The notes under the pieces are model-generated. The model was not told the origin of the DNA and ran no database searches. It saw only the letters and a list, made by a program, of their open reading frames with translations. Below are positions 50,188 through 59,876 of a stretch of DNA of 64,000 nt, in pieces. Numbering within the stretch: position 1 is the stretch's first letter; each line of letters begins with the position of its first letter. Position numbers and translations under genes: made by a program. Origin of the DNA: Solirubrobacteraceae bacterium (GTDB lineage Bacteria > Actinomycetota > Thermoleophilia > Solirubrobacterales > Solirubrobacteraceae); NCBI GenBank assembly GCA_030447785.1, contig JAUJOF010000003.1, forward strand, positions 90,572 through 154,571. The letters are read 5' to 3'.

Positions 50188-50274
50188 GCCCGTCGGCGCG
50201 CGGGCCGGGACCGGCGGTTCATCGGCCCGCGGGCCAGAGATCCCCGCCCGTGATCCCGCCCGCGAGCCAACACC

Positions 50275-52317
50275 TCACGCGGGCGCCGCCCCCTCGCGCA
50301 GGCCGATCCGCTCGTGCAGGCGACGCAGCGGCGCCGGGGCCCACCAGTTGCGCTCGCCCAGCAGCTTCATGAGCGCGGGGACCAGCAGTGCCCGCACGAT
50401 CGTCGCGTCGATGAGCACGGCGGCGGCGGTGCCCAGGCCGACCTCCTTGATGAACACGATCTCCGAGGTCGCGAAGGCGCCGATGGCCACGCAGAAGAGC
50501 ACGGCGGCCGCGGTGACGATCCGCCCGGTGCGCTGCAGCCCGAGTGCCACCGAGTCGTCGGTGGAGGCGCCACGGTCGTGCTCCTCCTTGATGCGACTCA
50601 GCAGGAACACGCCGTAGTCGGTGGACAGGCCGAAGACCAGCGCGAGCAGGACGAGCGGCTGGGTGGACTCCAGGCCGCTCTGGCTCGTGAAGTCGAGCAG
50701 ACCCTCCAGCCGGCCGTCCTGGAAGACGAGGACGAGCAGGCCGAAGGCGGCGCAGACGGTGAGCAGGTTCATCACCAGCGCCTTGATCGGCAGGATCACC
50801 GAGCCGGTCATGGCGAACAGCAGCCCCAAGGTGGTGAGGGCCAGCACCGCCAGCGCCAACGGCAGGCGCTCGCCCAGGCCGGCCTGCTGGTCGACGAAGC
50901 GTGCCGACTGCCCGGCCACCAGCGCTTCGCCGGGCGCCGGCTCGGCGCGCACCTCGGCGACCAGGTCGATCGACGGCTGGGCCATGGCCGGCGCGGCGGG
51001 CAGCACGTCGACCTGCCAGGTGCGCTCGCCCAGGTAGCGCGGCGGGGCGGTCGAGGCCGCGCCCGGCAGGTCGCCCAGACGCCGGGCGTAGGCGGCGACA
51101 TCGGCCTTCTGCTCGGCGCCGGCGGTCACCGCCACGGTGACCGGCGGGGTCCCTGTTGCGGCGAAGCGCGTGCGCAGCGTGTCGTCGACCTGGCGGGCGG
51201 CGGTCGTCTCGGGCAGGACGCTCGCGTCGACCCCGACCCAGTTCACGCCGACGAAGGGCAGGCCGACGGCGATCAGCGCGGCCGCGGTCCCCGCCGCGAC
51301 GATGCCCGGGCGGCGCATGACCCCCCGCGTCCAGCTCGCCCACAGGCCGCCGTCGGGGCGCCGGCGGGGGAGGCCGATGCGCCGGCCCAGCAGGACGAGC
51401 ACCGCGGGCAGGGCGGTCAGCGACACCACCATGGCGATCAGGGCGGCCAGCCCGCCGGCGATGCCCATTGAGTACAGGAAGCGCTGGGGGAAGACCAGCA
51501 GCGACAGCAGCGCGGCGGCGACGGTCAGCGCGCTGAACAGGACGGTCCGCCCCGCGGTGCGCAGCGTGCGCTCAATCGCGGGCCGTGGCTCCAGGCCGCG
51601 CTCGAGTTCCTCGCGAAAGCGCGAGACCATGAACAGCGAGTAGTCGATGGCCAGGCCCAGGCCGAGGCCGATCGTGAGGTTCAGCGCGAAGACCGACAGC
51701 AGCGTGGCCTCGTTGACCAGGCGCAGGCCGAGGAAGGTGCCCATGACGGTCAGCGCGCCCACGCCGAGGGGCAGCAGCGCGGCGACGAAGCCGCGGAAGA
51801 CCACCAGGGAGAGCGCGAACAGGATCGGGAAGGCCAGCAGCTCGGCGCGGGCCAGGTCGGAGGCCACCTGCTCGCCGATGGCCTCCTGGATGAACTGCCC
51901 GCCGCCCAGGGTCACGTCCGGGCGGTCCTGGAAGGCGGCGGCGACACGCTCGGTGGTGGCCCCGGCGTCCGCCCCCGCGGCCAGGGACGCCGCCACCGCG
52001 CCGCTGCGGCCATCCTCGCTGGTCGAGACCGTCGTGCGCGCGATGCCGTCGATGCCGGCCAGGCGGGCTTCGGTGCGCTCGACGGCCGCGCGGTCGGCGG
52101 AGCGTACGAGCGCGACGATGGTGGGGGAGGGCTCGACGCCGCCCGCGCGCTCCAGGCGCTCGGTGGCTGCCACGCTCTCGGCGCTCGGATCCTGGAAGTC
52201 GTCGCCGGTCGACAGCAGGCCGGCGACCGGGCCCCCGAAGAGACCGGCGAGCACCAGGAAGGCGACGGCGGCGGCCAGGACGGCGCGGGGACGGCGGGTG
52301 GCGAGGCGGGCGGGCAT
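50275..52317 (-). CDS. MMPL-family (RND superfamily) membrane transporter
   Basis: 680 aa with two 6-TM bundles and MMPL-type conserved stretches (GLGLAIDYSLFMVSRFREE, GLSTDYGVFLLSRIKEE). Confidence 0.85.
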   Translation of the reverse strand: MPARLATRRPRAVLAAAVAFLVLAGLFGGPVAGLLSTGDDFQDPSAESVAATERLERAGGVEPSPTIVALVRSADRAAVERTEARLAGIDGIARTTVSTSEDGRSGAVAASLAAGADAGATTERVAAAFQDRPDVTLGGGQFIQEAIGEQVASDLARAELLAFPILFALSLVVFRGFVAALLPLGVGALTVMGTFLGLRLVNEATLLSVFALNLTIGLGLGLAIDYSLFMVSRFREELERGLEPRPAIERTLRTAGRTVLFSALTVAAALLSLLVFPQRFLYSMGIAGGLAALIAMVVSLTALPAVLVLLGRRIGLPRRRPDGGLWASWTRGVMRRPGIVAAGTAAALIAVGLPFVGVNWVGVDASVLPETTAARQVDDTLRTRFAATGTPPVTVAVTAGAEQKADVAAYARRLGDLPGAASTAPPRYLGERTWQVDVLPAAPAMAQPSIDLVAEVRAEPAPGEALVAGQSARFVDQQAGLGERLPLALAVLALTTLGLLFAMTGSVILPIKALVMNLLTVCAAFGLLVLVFQDGRLEGLLDFTSQSGLESTQPLVLLALVFGLSTDYGVFLLSRIKEEHDRGASTDDSVALGLQRTGRIVTAAAVLFCVAIGAFATSEIVFIKEVGLGTAAAVLIDATIVRALLVPALMKLLGERNWWAPAPLRRLHERIGLREGAAPA

Positions 52318-52372
52318 GGCGCGTTCTCCTGTTGTGAGTGAGTGGTTGCTTACCTAAGCGGCGAAAAAAGGG

Positions 52373-52924
52373 TCAGGCCGGCGGCTTCGCGGGCAGGCCG
52401 CGCACGCGCGCGGCCCAGCCGCCGTCGGGGGAGAGGCGGTCGCTGGCGATCATGGAGCCCACCGAGATGAGCAGGCCGGTGGCCATGAACAGGCGCGTCT
52501 CGTCCTCGGAGGCCCCCGTGGCGCGGCGCACCCAGTCGAAGATCTCCATGTACCGGCGCTCGACGCGCTCGCGGATGTCCGGGTCGCCGCAGGCGGCGTA
52601 GGCCTGGAACTGGAAGGCCAGCTCGCAGCCCTCGGCGATCATGCGTCCATAGGCGGCGCCGAGATCGGCGAAGGCCGGCGGGGAGGCCTCGACTTGCGAG
52701 AAGGCCTCGACGACGCGCCCGAAGGCGCGGTCCACCGCGGCCAGGAACAGCTCGCGCTTGGTGCCCATGAGGCGGAACAGGTAGGCGTGCGAGATGCCCG
52801 CCCGCCGCGCGATGGCCTCTGTCGAAGCCCCCGCCAGGCCGGCCTGCGCGAACTCGGTGATCGCGGCCTCGACGAGCTGCTCGCGGCGCTGCGCGGCGGT
52901 CTGGCGGGTGGAGGCGGCGGCCAT
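52373..52924 (-). CDS. TetR/AcrR-family transcriptional regulator
   Basis: N-terminal HTH (AITEFAQAGLAGASTEAIARRAGISHAYLFRLMGTKRELF). It lies immediately upstream of, and co-directional with, the MMPL gene. Confidence 0.85.
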   Translation of the reverse strand: MAAASTRQTAAQRREQLVEAAITEFAQAGLAGASTEAIARRAGISHAYLFRLMGTKRELFLAAVDRAFGRVVEAFSQVEASPPAFADLGAAYGRMIAEGCELAFQFQAYAACGDPDIRERVERRYMEIFDWVRRATGASEDETRLFMATGLLISVGSMIASDRLSPDGGWAARVRGLPAKPPA

Positions 52925-52943
52925 GGGCGCTATCGTAAGTAAG

Positions 52944-52968
52944 CGCTCACTATCTTGTCAAGTGAGCG
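52944..52968. promoter_or_regulatory. inverted repeat (candidate TetR operator) in the tetR / M20 peptidase divergent spacer
   Basis: CGCTCACT-N9-AGTGAGCG, an 8-bp perfect inverted repeat in an AT-richer 76-nt intergenic region. TANNNT-like TATCGT lies at 52931-52936. Confidence 0.45.
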
Positions 52969-53000
52969 TCCCCCGCGGCGGGCGCTACCCTTCCGGCGCG

Positions 53001-54131
53001 ATGGACGAGCGCGTCCTGGCCGAGCGCCTCATCGGCTACGACACGTCCGCTCCCGAGGGACTGAATCAGGCGGCCGGCTTCGTCAAGGGCTGGCTCGACG
53101 CACGCGACCTTCCGCACGACGCGCGGGACTTCGACGGGCTCCCGGTGGTGCTGGCCGAAGTCGGTCCGAAGGAGGCCCCCACGGTGGTCCTGCACGGCCA
53201 CCTCGACGTCGTGCCCGGGCGCGAGGGCCAGTTCGCTCCCCGCGTGGAGGGCGACCGGCTCATCGGCCGCGGTGCCTACGACATGAAGGGCGGTCTGGCG
53301 GCGATGATGTGCGCGCTGCAGGACGTCGCCGAGCAGGACGCCGTGCGGGTGCGGTTCCTGTGCGTGCCCGACGAGGAGTCCGACGACGTGGAACGCCGCT
53401 CCACCGACGCGCTGGTGCGCGAAGGGCTGCACGGTGACTTCGCCATCAGCGGGGAGCCGACCGATCTGCACATCGGCGTTCAGGCCAAGGGCGTGCTGGC
53501 CGTGCGCCTGGAGGTGGCCGGTCGCGCGGCGCACGGCTCCACCCCATGGCTGGGCGACAACGCGATCGTCAAGGCGCTCGGGGTGCTGCGGACCATCGAG
53601 ACCCTACCCTTCTCCCGCGAGTCGTCGGATCTGTTCGACCGGCCCTCGATCAACCTCGCGCGCATCGCGGGCGGGGACGCCTTCAACAAGGTGCCCGACC
53701 GCTGCGGGATGGACGTCGACATCCGCTACCTCCCCAACCAGGACGCCGGCGAGATCCTCGCCCAGATCCGTGCCATTCCCGACGTGGTGGTGGCCAAGAC
53801 CTTCCTGCGCGCGCCGGCGGTGGTCTCGCGGAGCAACCCCTATGTGCTGGCTCTGCGCGACGCCGTGAGCCGCTCGCTGGAGGGCGAGGCGCTGTCGGTG
53901 GGCCGCGACGGCGCCTCGGACGCGGTCTCCTTTCTGGAGGCCGGGGTGCCCGCCGTGGAGTTCGGCCCGGTGGGCGCCGGTCACCACGGCCCGGACGAGT
54001 GGGTCTCGATCCGCTCGCTGGCGCGCTATCGCGCCGCGCTGCGTGACTTCGTCCTCGCGCTGCCCGGCCGGCTTGCGCGTCACGGGCGGGGAGCCGGCGA
54101 TCTGCGCGCGGTGGAGGGCGGGCCGGCGTGA
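53001..54131 (+). CDS. M20-family metallopeptidase (ArgE/DapE/ACY1-like)
   Basis: ATG at 53001 within ORF 52794-54131. Contains LHGHLDVVPG, GRGAYDMKGG, PDEESD and GASDA. Confidence 0.8.
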   Translation: MDERVLAERLIGYDTSAPEGLNQAAGFVKGWLDARDLPHDARDFDGLPVVLAEVGPKEAPTVVLHGHLDVVPGREGQFAPRVEGDRLIGRGAYDMKGGLAAMMCALQDVAEQDAVRVRFLCVPDEESDDVERRSTDALVREGLHGDFAISGEPTDLHIGVQAKGVLAVRLEVAGRAAHGSTPWLGDNAIVKALGVLRTIETLPFSRESSDLFDRPSINLARIAGGDAFNKVPDRCGMDVDIRYLPNQDAGEILAQIRAIPDVVVAKTFLRAPAVVSRSNPYVLALRDAVSRSLEGEALSVGRDGASDAVSFLEAGVPAVEFGPVGAGHHGPDEWVSIRSLARYRAALRDFVLALPGRLARHGRGAGDLRAVEGGPA

Positions 54132-55717
54132 GCGCCTGGAAGCCGCCTGACCGGCGCCGGTCGGGGGACGGCGCCCAGGGCGCCTCGCGGGGGATGCTCC
54201 CGCGCTTCGCGCTGGCCGCGGCGGCCATCGTGGTGCTGACCATGGCGGCGACCGCCACCGCGGGCCTCCTGCAGATCGACGCCGTGGTCGATCGCCTGGC
54301 CGGCGACGGCGGCGCCGTCGAGGTGCCCCAGATCACCCGCGCCGAGGCGGGCGAGGCCCAGACGCTGCTGCTCCTGGGCTCCGACCGGCGCTATGAGGAC
54401 CGCGAGACCGGCCGCAGGCCGCGGGCCGACACCCAGATGCTGGTGCGCATGGACCCGGACGGGAAGGCGATCGGCGTCCTGTCCATCCCGCGCGACCTGC
54501 TGGTCCCCGTCCCCGGGGTGGGCGAGCGCAAGATCAACGACGCCTACGCCGAGGGTGGGCTCGATCTGGCGGTGGAGACGGTCTCCCAGGTCACCGGGCT
54601 GGAGATCAACCACGTGGTCAACGTCAACTTCGGCGGCTTCCGCGAGGCCATCGACGCGGTCGGCTGCGTGTACGCCGACGTGGACCGCCGCTACTACAAC
54701 TCCAACGTCGGCGTGCCCGTCGGCCAGCGCTACGACGCCATCGACATCATGCCCGGCTACCAGCGCCTGTGCGGGGTCGACGCGCTGGACTACGTGCGCT
54801 ACCGCAAAGGCGACTCGGACATCGTCCGCGCCGCCCGCCAGCAGGACTTCCTGCGCGCGGCCAAGGACCAGCTGTCGACCAGCAGCCTGCTGGGCAAGCG
54901 CGAGGAGCTGCTGGAGATCTTCACCTCCAACACGCAGACCGACGCCGACCTGGCGACCTCCAGCGGCCTGCTCAGCCTGCTCAAGCTCGGTCTTTTCACC
55001 GTCGAGCAGCCCGTGCGCCAGGTGGAGTTCCCCGGCGAGCCGGTCAACGAGGATGGCCTCTCCTACATCGAGGCCTCCCAGGAGGACATCTGGGAGGCCG
55101 TCGACGAGTTCATGAACTTCTCGCCAAGTGGGAGCGAGGAGCCGTCGGGCGGTGGCTCGGGCAGCTCGTCGAACGGTTCGTCCTCGACCTCCGCCCGCAC
55201 CGGGCGCTCCCTCGCGCAGGCCATCGAGCGCGACGAGCTGCGCGAGGCGCGTGACGCCGGTCAGGCGCTCGCGGCCAAGGCTCTCGCGCAGGGTGGGATC
55301 GGCTTCCCCCTGCGCATCCCCGCCGCCCTCACCCCCTCGGGCGAGTACCAGGGCTTCAGCGCGCGCGCCCCCGAGCCCGCGATCCGCGGCTACACGATCA
55401 GGGGCCCCGACGGACGCCGCCACGCGGCCTATCGCATGGTTGTGGCCGAGAACGTCGCCCGCGGGCGGTTCTACGGCATCCAGGGCACCACCTGGGCCGA
55501 CCCACCGCTGCTGGCCAACCCCGACGCGGTGGTCATGGAGGGCGGGCGGCGCCTCGAGCTGTTTCGCAGCGGGCGCAAGCTGCGTTACGTGGCCTGGCGT
55601 ACCACGCAGGGCGTCTACTGGATCTCCAACACCCTGGACCTCGCGCTCGACAACGGCCAGATGCGCACGATCGCGCGGTCGCTGACCGCCCCGGCGGGCG
55701 CACCCGCCGGGAGCTGA
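54128..55717 (+). CDS. LytR-CpsA-Psr (LCP) family glycopolymer ligase with extra C-terminal domain
   Basis: LCP core LLLGSDRR..DTQMLVRMDP..LSIPRDL..KINDAY..INHVVNVNFGGF. It is followed by a Ser/Gly linker and a ~190-aa C-terminal domain shared with the next gene. Confidence 0.85.
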   Translation: MSAWKPPDRRRSGDGAQGASRGMLPRFALAAAAIVVLTMAATATAGLLQIDAVVDRLAGDGGAVEVPQITRAEAGEAQTLLLLGSDRRYEDRETGRRPRADTQMLVRMDPDGKAIGVLSIPRDLLVPVPGVGERKINDAYAEGGLDLAVETVSQVTGLEINHVVNVNFGGFREAIDAVGCVYADVDRRYYNSNVGVPVGQRYDAIDIMPGYQRLCGVDALDYVRYRKGDSDIVRAARQQDFLRAAKDQLSTSSLLGKREELLEIFTSNTQTDADLATSSGLLSLLKLGLFTVEQPVRQVEFPGEPVNEDGLSYIEASQEDIWEAVDEFMNFSPSGSEEPSGGGSGSSSNGSSSTSARTGRSLAQAIERDELREARDAGQALAAKALAQGGIGFPLRIPAALTPSGEYQGFSARAPEPAIRGYTIRGPDGRRHAAYRMVVAENVARGRFYGIQGTTWADPPLLANPDAVVMEGGRRLELFRSGRKLRYVAWRTTQGVYWISNTLDLALDNGQMRTIARSLTAPAGAPAGS

Positions 55718-55744
55718 CCGCCCAAGCCGCGACACTGCCCTTCC

Positions 55745-57274
55745 GTGAGCACCTTCGAGCAGAGCCCTCCCCCGGTAGGGTGGGGCATGTGGAAGCGCTT
55801 CATGCTGGCCGGCGTGGTGATCGTGCTGGCCACCGCGGGCACGCTGAGCAGCGCGGTACTGCTCGAGGTCGACCGGGCGGTGGACATCTTCCGGGCCTCG
55901 GGCGCGAGCATCCCCGGGATGGACGAGGTGCTCGACGACGTCGAGGGCGGCGCGCCTCAGACCGTGCTGCTGCTGGGCTCCGACCGGCGCTACGCCGACC
56001 GCGTGGCCGGAATCCCCGGGCGGTCGGACACGATGATCCTCGTGCGCCTGGATCCCGACCGTCAGGTCACCTCGCTGCTGGCCATCCCCCGCGACCTCAA
56101 GGTCCGGCTGCCCGCCCCCGGGGCCGCGGGTGACGAGGAGGGGACGGTCACCGACCGCATCAACGCCTCCTATGCCATCGGCGGGCCGCGGCTGGCGGTG
56201 CAGACGGTCAAGCAGGTCTTCGGGATCGAGATCAACCACTTCGTCAACGTGAACTTCGGCGGCTTCCGCCGCGCGGTGGACCGCCTGAACTGCGTGTACA
56301 CCGACGTGGACCGCCGCTACTTCAACGCCAACAGCCCGCCCGTGGACAGCCCGACGCCCTACGCGACGATCGACATCGAGCCCGGTTACCAGAAGCTCTG
56401 CGGGCAGGACGCGCTGGACTACGTGCGCTACCGCCACGGCGACACGGACATCATGCGCGGGGCGCGCCAGCAGGACTGGCTGGGGGAGGCCAAGGACCAG
56501 GTGGGCGTGCAGGAGGTCTTCCGCGACCGCGACGACCTGCTGGCGATCTTCGGCACCTACGTGCAGACCAACATCCGCTCCACCTCCGCGGTGCTGCGCC
56601 TGCTCAAGCTCATCTACGAGAGCTCGCGCGAGCCGCTCAGCGAGGTGCGCTTCCGCGGCGAGCTGGGCCAGACCTTCGTGACCGCCGACGAGGAGGACGT
56701 CACCGCGATGCGCGACGAGTTCCTCAACGGCCGCCAGACCGAGGGGGCCAAGGGTCGGGCACGTCGCGAGCGCGGTCGGGAGCGGCCGGGGCGCGGGCGC
56801 GGGCGCCGAGCGCCGGGCGAGCCCGCGGACGATGGCCTCGAGCAGGCGGTGGGCCTGGGCGAGGACCAGGCGGCGTCCGCCGCCGTGAAGCTGGGCTTCC
56901 CGGTGCTCTTCCCCCGCGTGCGCATCGAGGGCAGCCAGTACGTCGACGCGCCGCGCACGTATGACCTCCACGGACCCGACCGGCGCAGGCACCGCGCCTA
57001 CCGCATGGTGCTCAAGGCCGAGGGCGTGGCCGAGTACTACGGTATCCAGGGCACGAGCTGGACCGACCCACCGATCCTCGATGCACCCTCGCAGATCCGC
57101 AAGATGGAGGGCCGGGAGCTGCTGCTGTTCCGCGACGGCAGTCGCCTGGCGCGGGTGGCCGTGCGCACCGACGAGGCGGTCTACTGGGTTTCCAACACGC
57201 TGCTGCGCTCGCTGACCAACGAGCAGATGCTGGCCATCGCCCGCTCGCTGAGCCCGATCGGGCCCCGCGGGTAG
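55745..57274 (+). CDS. LCP family glycopolymer ligase, tandem paralogue
   Basis: The same core (LLLGSDRR..SDTMILVRLDP..LAIPRDL..RINASY..INHFVNVNFGGF) and the same C-terminal domain (YGIQGTSWTDPP...YWVSNTL...AIARSL). Confidence 0.85.
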   Translation: MSTFEQSPPPVGWGMWKRFMLAGVVIVLATAGTLSSAVLLEVDRAVDIFRASGASIPGMDEVLDDVEGGAPQTVLLLGSDRRYADRVAGIPGRSDTMILVRLDPDRQVTSLLAIPRDLKVRLPAPGAAGDEEGTVTDRINASYAIGGPRLAVQTVKQVFGIEINHFVNVNFGGFRRAVDRLNCVYTDVDRRYFNANSPPVDSPTPYATIDIEPGYQKLCGQDALDYVRYRHGDTDIMRGARQQDWLGEAKDQVGVQEVFRDRDDLLAIFGTYVQTNIRSTSAVLRLLKLIYESSREPLSEVRFRGELGQTFVTADEEDVTAMRDEFLNGRQTEGAKGRARRERGRERPGRGRGRRAPGEPADDGLEQAVGLGEDQAASAAVKLGFPVLFPRVRIEGSQYVDAPRTYDLHGPDRRRHRAYRMVLKAEGVAEYYGIQGTSWTDPPILDAPSQIRKMEGRELLLFRDGSRLARVAVRTDEAVYWVSNTLLRSLTNEQMLAIARSLSPIGPRG

Positions 57275-57287
57275 TCTGCGACACCGC

Positions 57288-58577
57288 ATGGAAGGTTCGC
57301 GAGAGCCCATCGGGGTCATCGGCACGGGCTACGTCGGGCTGGTCACCGCGGCCGGGTTCGCCGAGCTGGGCAGTTACGTGTACTGCGTCGACATCGACGC
57401 GAACAAGATCGCGCGCCTGAAGGGCGGCGAGATCCCCATCTACGAGCCCGGCCTGGAGGACATGGTCGCGCGCAACCGCGAGCGCCTGCACTTCTCCACC
57501 ACGCTGGAAGAGGCGCTCGAGCATGCCCGCCTGCTCTTCGTGGCCGTGGGCACCCCGCCCACCTACTCGGGCGACGCCGATCTGAGCTCGGTCTATGCGG
57601 TGGTCGATGCCATGCCGCCCTCCGACCGCCACGCGCTGGTCATGAAGTCCACCGTGCCCGTGGGCACGGGACGCAGCATCCGCCGGGCCTTCGAGGCGCG
57701 CGGCAAGGCGGGCTTTCGCTACGTCTCCTGCCCTGAGTTCCTCAAGGAGGGCTCGGCCGTAGGCGACTTCCTGAACCCTGACCGCGTCGTGGTCGGCGAC
57801 GAGGGCGACTGGGCCGGCGACGCCGTCGTCGACCTCTACGCGCCGCTCGACGCGCCGCTCGTGCGCACCGACATCCCCTCCGCCGAGATGGTCAAGCTCG
57901 CCTCCAACGCCTTCCTGGCCACCAAGATCTCCTTCATCAACGAGATCGCCAACGTCTGCGAGGAGACGGGCTCCAACGTCCTGGAGGTTGCTCGCGGCAT
58001 GGGCCTCGACGACCGCATCGGCCCCAAGTTCCTCCAGGCGGGCATCGGCTTCGGGGGAAGTTGCTTCCCCAAGGACGTCAGCGCCCTCAAGCAGCTCGCC
58101 GGCAACTCCGGCTATCATTTCCAGCTCCTCAACGCAGTCATCGAGGTCAACGAGCTGCAGAAGCGGCGGGTGATCAGCAAGCTTCAGAAGCATCTGGGCA
58201 CGCTGGTGGGCAAGGAGATCGCGCTGCTGGGACTGGCCTTCAAACCCGAGACCGACGACATGCGCGAGGCGTCGTCGCTCGTCCTCTCGGCGCGGCTGCT
58301 GGCCGATGGGGCGTCGGTACGCGCCTACGACCCGGTCTCCGAGGAGGAGGCCCGCACGCTCATGCCCGGAGTGGGCTTCGCCGACGCCGCGCTGGAGGTC
58401 GTCGAGGGCGCCGACGCGGTGGTGCTCGTGACGGAGTGGAAGGAGTTCAAGCAGCTGGACTGGGGTGCGGTGGCGCAGCGGATGGCCGGCGACCTGGTGG
58501 TCGACGGACGCAACTCGCTCGATTCCGTCGCCGTGCGCGCGGCCGGCCTCAGCTACGAGGGCATCGGCACCCGGTGA
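57288..58577 (+). CDS. ugd: UDP-glucose 6-dehydrogenase
   Basis: Contains GVIGTGYVGLV and the catalytic Cys context GFGGSCFPKD, plus LGLAFKPETDDMRE. Confidence 0.9.
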   Translation: MEGSREPIGVIGTGYVGLVTAAGFAELGSYVYCVDIDANKIARLKGGEIPIYEPGLEDMVARNRERLHFSTTLEEALEHARLLFVAVGTPPTYSGDADLSSVYAVVDAMPPSDRHALVMKSTVPVGTGRSIRRAFEARGKAGFRYVSCPEFLKEGSAVGDFLNPDRVVVGDEGDWAGDAVVDLYAPLDAPLVRTDIPSAEMVKLASNAFLATKISFINEIANVCEETGSNVLEVARGMGLDDRIGPKFLQAGIGFGGSCFPKDVSALKQLAGNSGYHFQLLNAVIEVNELQKRRVISKLQKHLGTLVGKEIALLGLAFKPETDDMREASSLVLSARLLADGASVRAYDPVSEEEARTLMPGVGFADAALEVVEGADAVVLVTEWKEFKQLDWGAVAQRMAGDLVVDGRNSLDSVAVRAAGLSYEGIGTR

Positions 58578-58751
58578 GGGGGGTGCAGTGATCCCTCCGG
58601 CAAGTCCCGCACCGCTTCGCCGGGCGACAACCGTCGCATGGCCACGTCCTCGGTCGGGGCAATGCCCCCGGCATTGCACCCTCCCTGCGTCCTTACCCTG
58701 CTCGGTTCTCGCCTCGACGAACCGGCACGCGACTCACCGGAGGAACCACTG

Positions 58752-59876
58752 ATGCAGGCGGTGATCCTGGTCGGCGGCGAGGGCATGCGCCTGCGCCCGC
58801 TGACCTCCACGGTGCCCAAGCCGGTGGTTCCCCTGGTCGACCGGCCCTTCGTCGTCTACCTGCTCGAGTGGCTGCGCCGCCACGGGGTGGACGACGTGGT
58901 GATGTCGTGCGGGTTTCTGGCCACCAGCGTGCGCAACGTGCTGGGCGACGGCTCCCAGCTGGGCCTGCGCATGCGCTTCGTGGAGGAGCCCGAGCCAAGG
59001 GGCACCGCCGGGGCGCTGAAGTTCGCCGAGCCGTTCCTGGACGAGCGCTTCGTGCTGGTCAACGGCGACGTGCTCACCGACCTCGACCTCACCGCCCAGG
59101 TCGCCCACCACGAGCGCACGGGCGCCGTGGGCACCCTCGCGCTGGTCTCGGTGGAGGATCCCACCCCCTACGGGCTGGTGCGCTTGGACGAGGATCACGC
59201 CGTGCGCGAGTTCGTCGAGAAACCGCCGGCCGACCAGATCGACACCGACCTCATCTCCGCGGGCGCCTACGTGCTCGAGCGCTCGGTGCTCGATCTGGTG
59301 CCCCCCGACCGCAGCGTCTCCATCGAGCGGGAGGTCTGGCCGCAGCTGGTGGGCGCGGGCCTCTACGGCACCCCGCACCGCGACGCCTACTGGCTGGACG
59401 TCGGCACGCCTGAGCGCTACCTGCAAGCCACCTTCGACATCGTGGAGCGTCACGTCGACACCGCGGTGGGCGAGCGCCTGGGCGAGTCCTTCCTGGCCGT
59501 CGACGCCAGCGCCGACGTCCGCGGGCGGGTCGTGCCCCCGGCCGTGATCGGACGCGTGGCACGCGTCGACGCCGGCGCCCACGTCGGCTCGCTCGTGGTG
59601 CTGGCCGACGGCGTGACCGTGGGCGCGCGAACGAACATCGAGCGCTCCGTGGTGCTCCAGGGCGCCGAGATCGGGGCCGACTGCGTGCTGCGCGACTGTG
59701 TGGTGGCCGCGGGCGCGCGGGTGGGCGCCGGCAGCCACATCACCCGCGGCGCCGTCCTGGGTGAGGGCGTCACCGTGGGCGCGGACAACACCCTCACCAA
59801 CGGAGCGCGGCTGTTCCCGGGCGTCGAGCTGCCCGCGGGCGCCCTGCGCTTCCCGCCCGAACGGGAGCTGATATGA
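58752..59876 (+). CDS. NDP-hexose pyrophosphorylase (mannose-1-phosphate guanylyltransferase-like) with C-terminal LbH domain
   Basis: ATG at 58752 within ORF 58638-59876. Contains MQAVILVGGEGMRLRPLT..PKP and C-terminal hexapeptide repeats. Confidence 0.8.
   Translation: MQAVILVGGEGMRLRPLTSTVPKPVVPLVDRPFVVYLLEWLRRHGVDDVVMSCGFLATSVRNVLGDGSQLGLRMRFVEEPEPRGTAGALKFAEPFLDERFVLVNGDVLTDLDLTAQVAHHERTGAVGTLALVSVEDPTPYGLVRLDEDHAVREFVEKPPADQIDTDLISAGAYVLERSVLDLVPPDRSVSIEREVWPQLVGAGLYGTPHRDAYWLDVGTPERYLQATFDIVERHVDTAVGERLGESFLAVDASADVRGRVVPPAVIGRVARVDAGAHVGSLVVLADGVTVGARTNIERSVVLQGAEIGADCVLRDCVVAAGARVGAGSHITRGAVLGEGVTVGADNTLTNGARLFPGVELPAGALRFPPERELI

Noticed and set aside
54080-57325. 1081-aa minus-strand ORF across the LCP genes. 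Similar cases are 4513-6876, 7847-9121, 10709-13120, 40963-42144 and 59957-61204.
   Set aside because: They have the same shadow-ORF composition. The opposite-strand or alternative-frame genes (LCP, MeaB, pepA, GH, oxidoreductase, PMI) carry diagnostic motifs.
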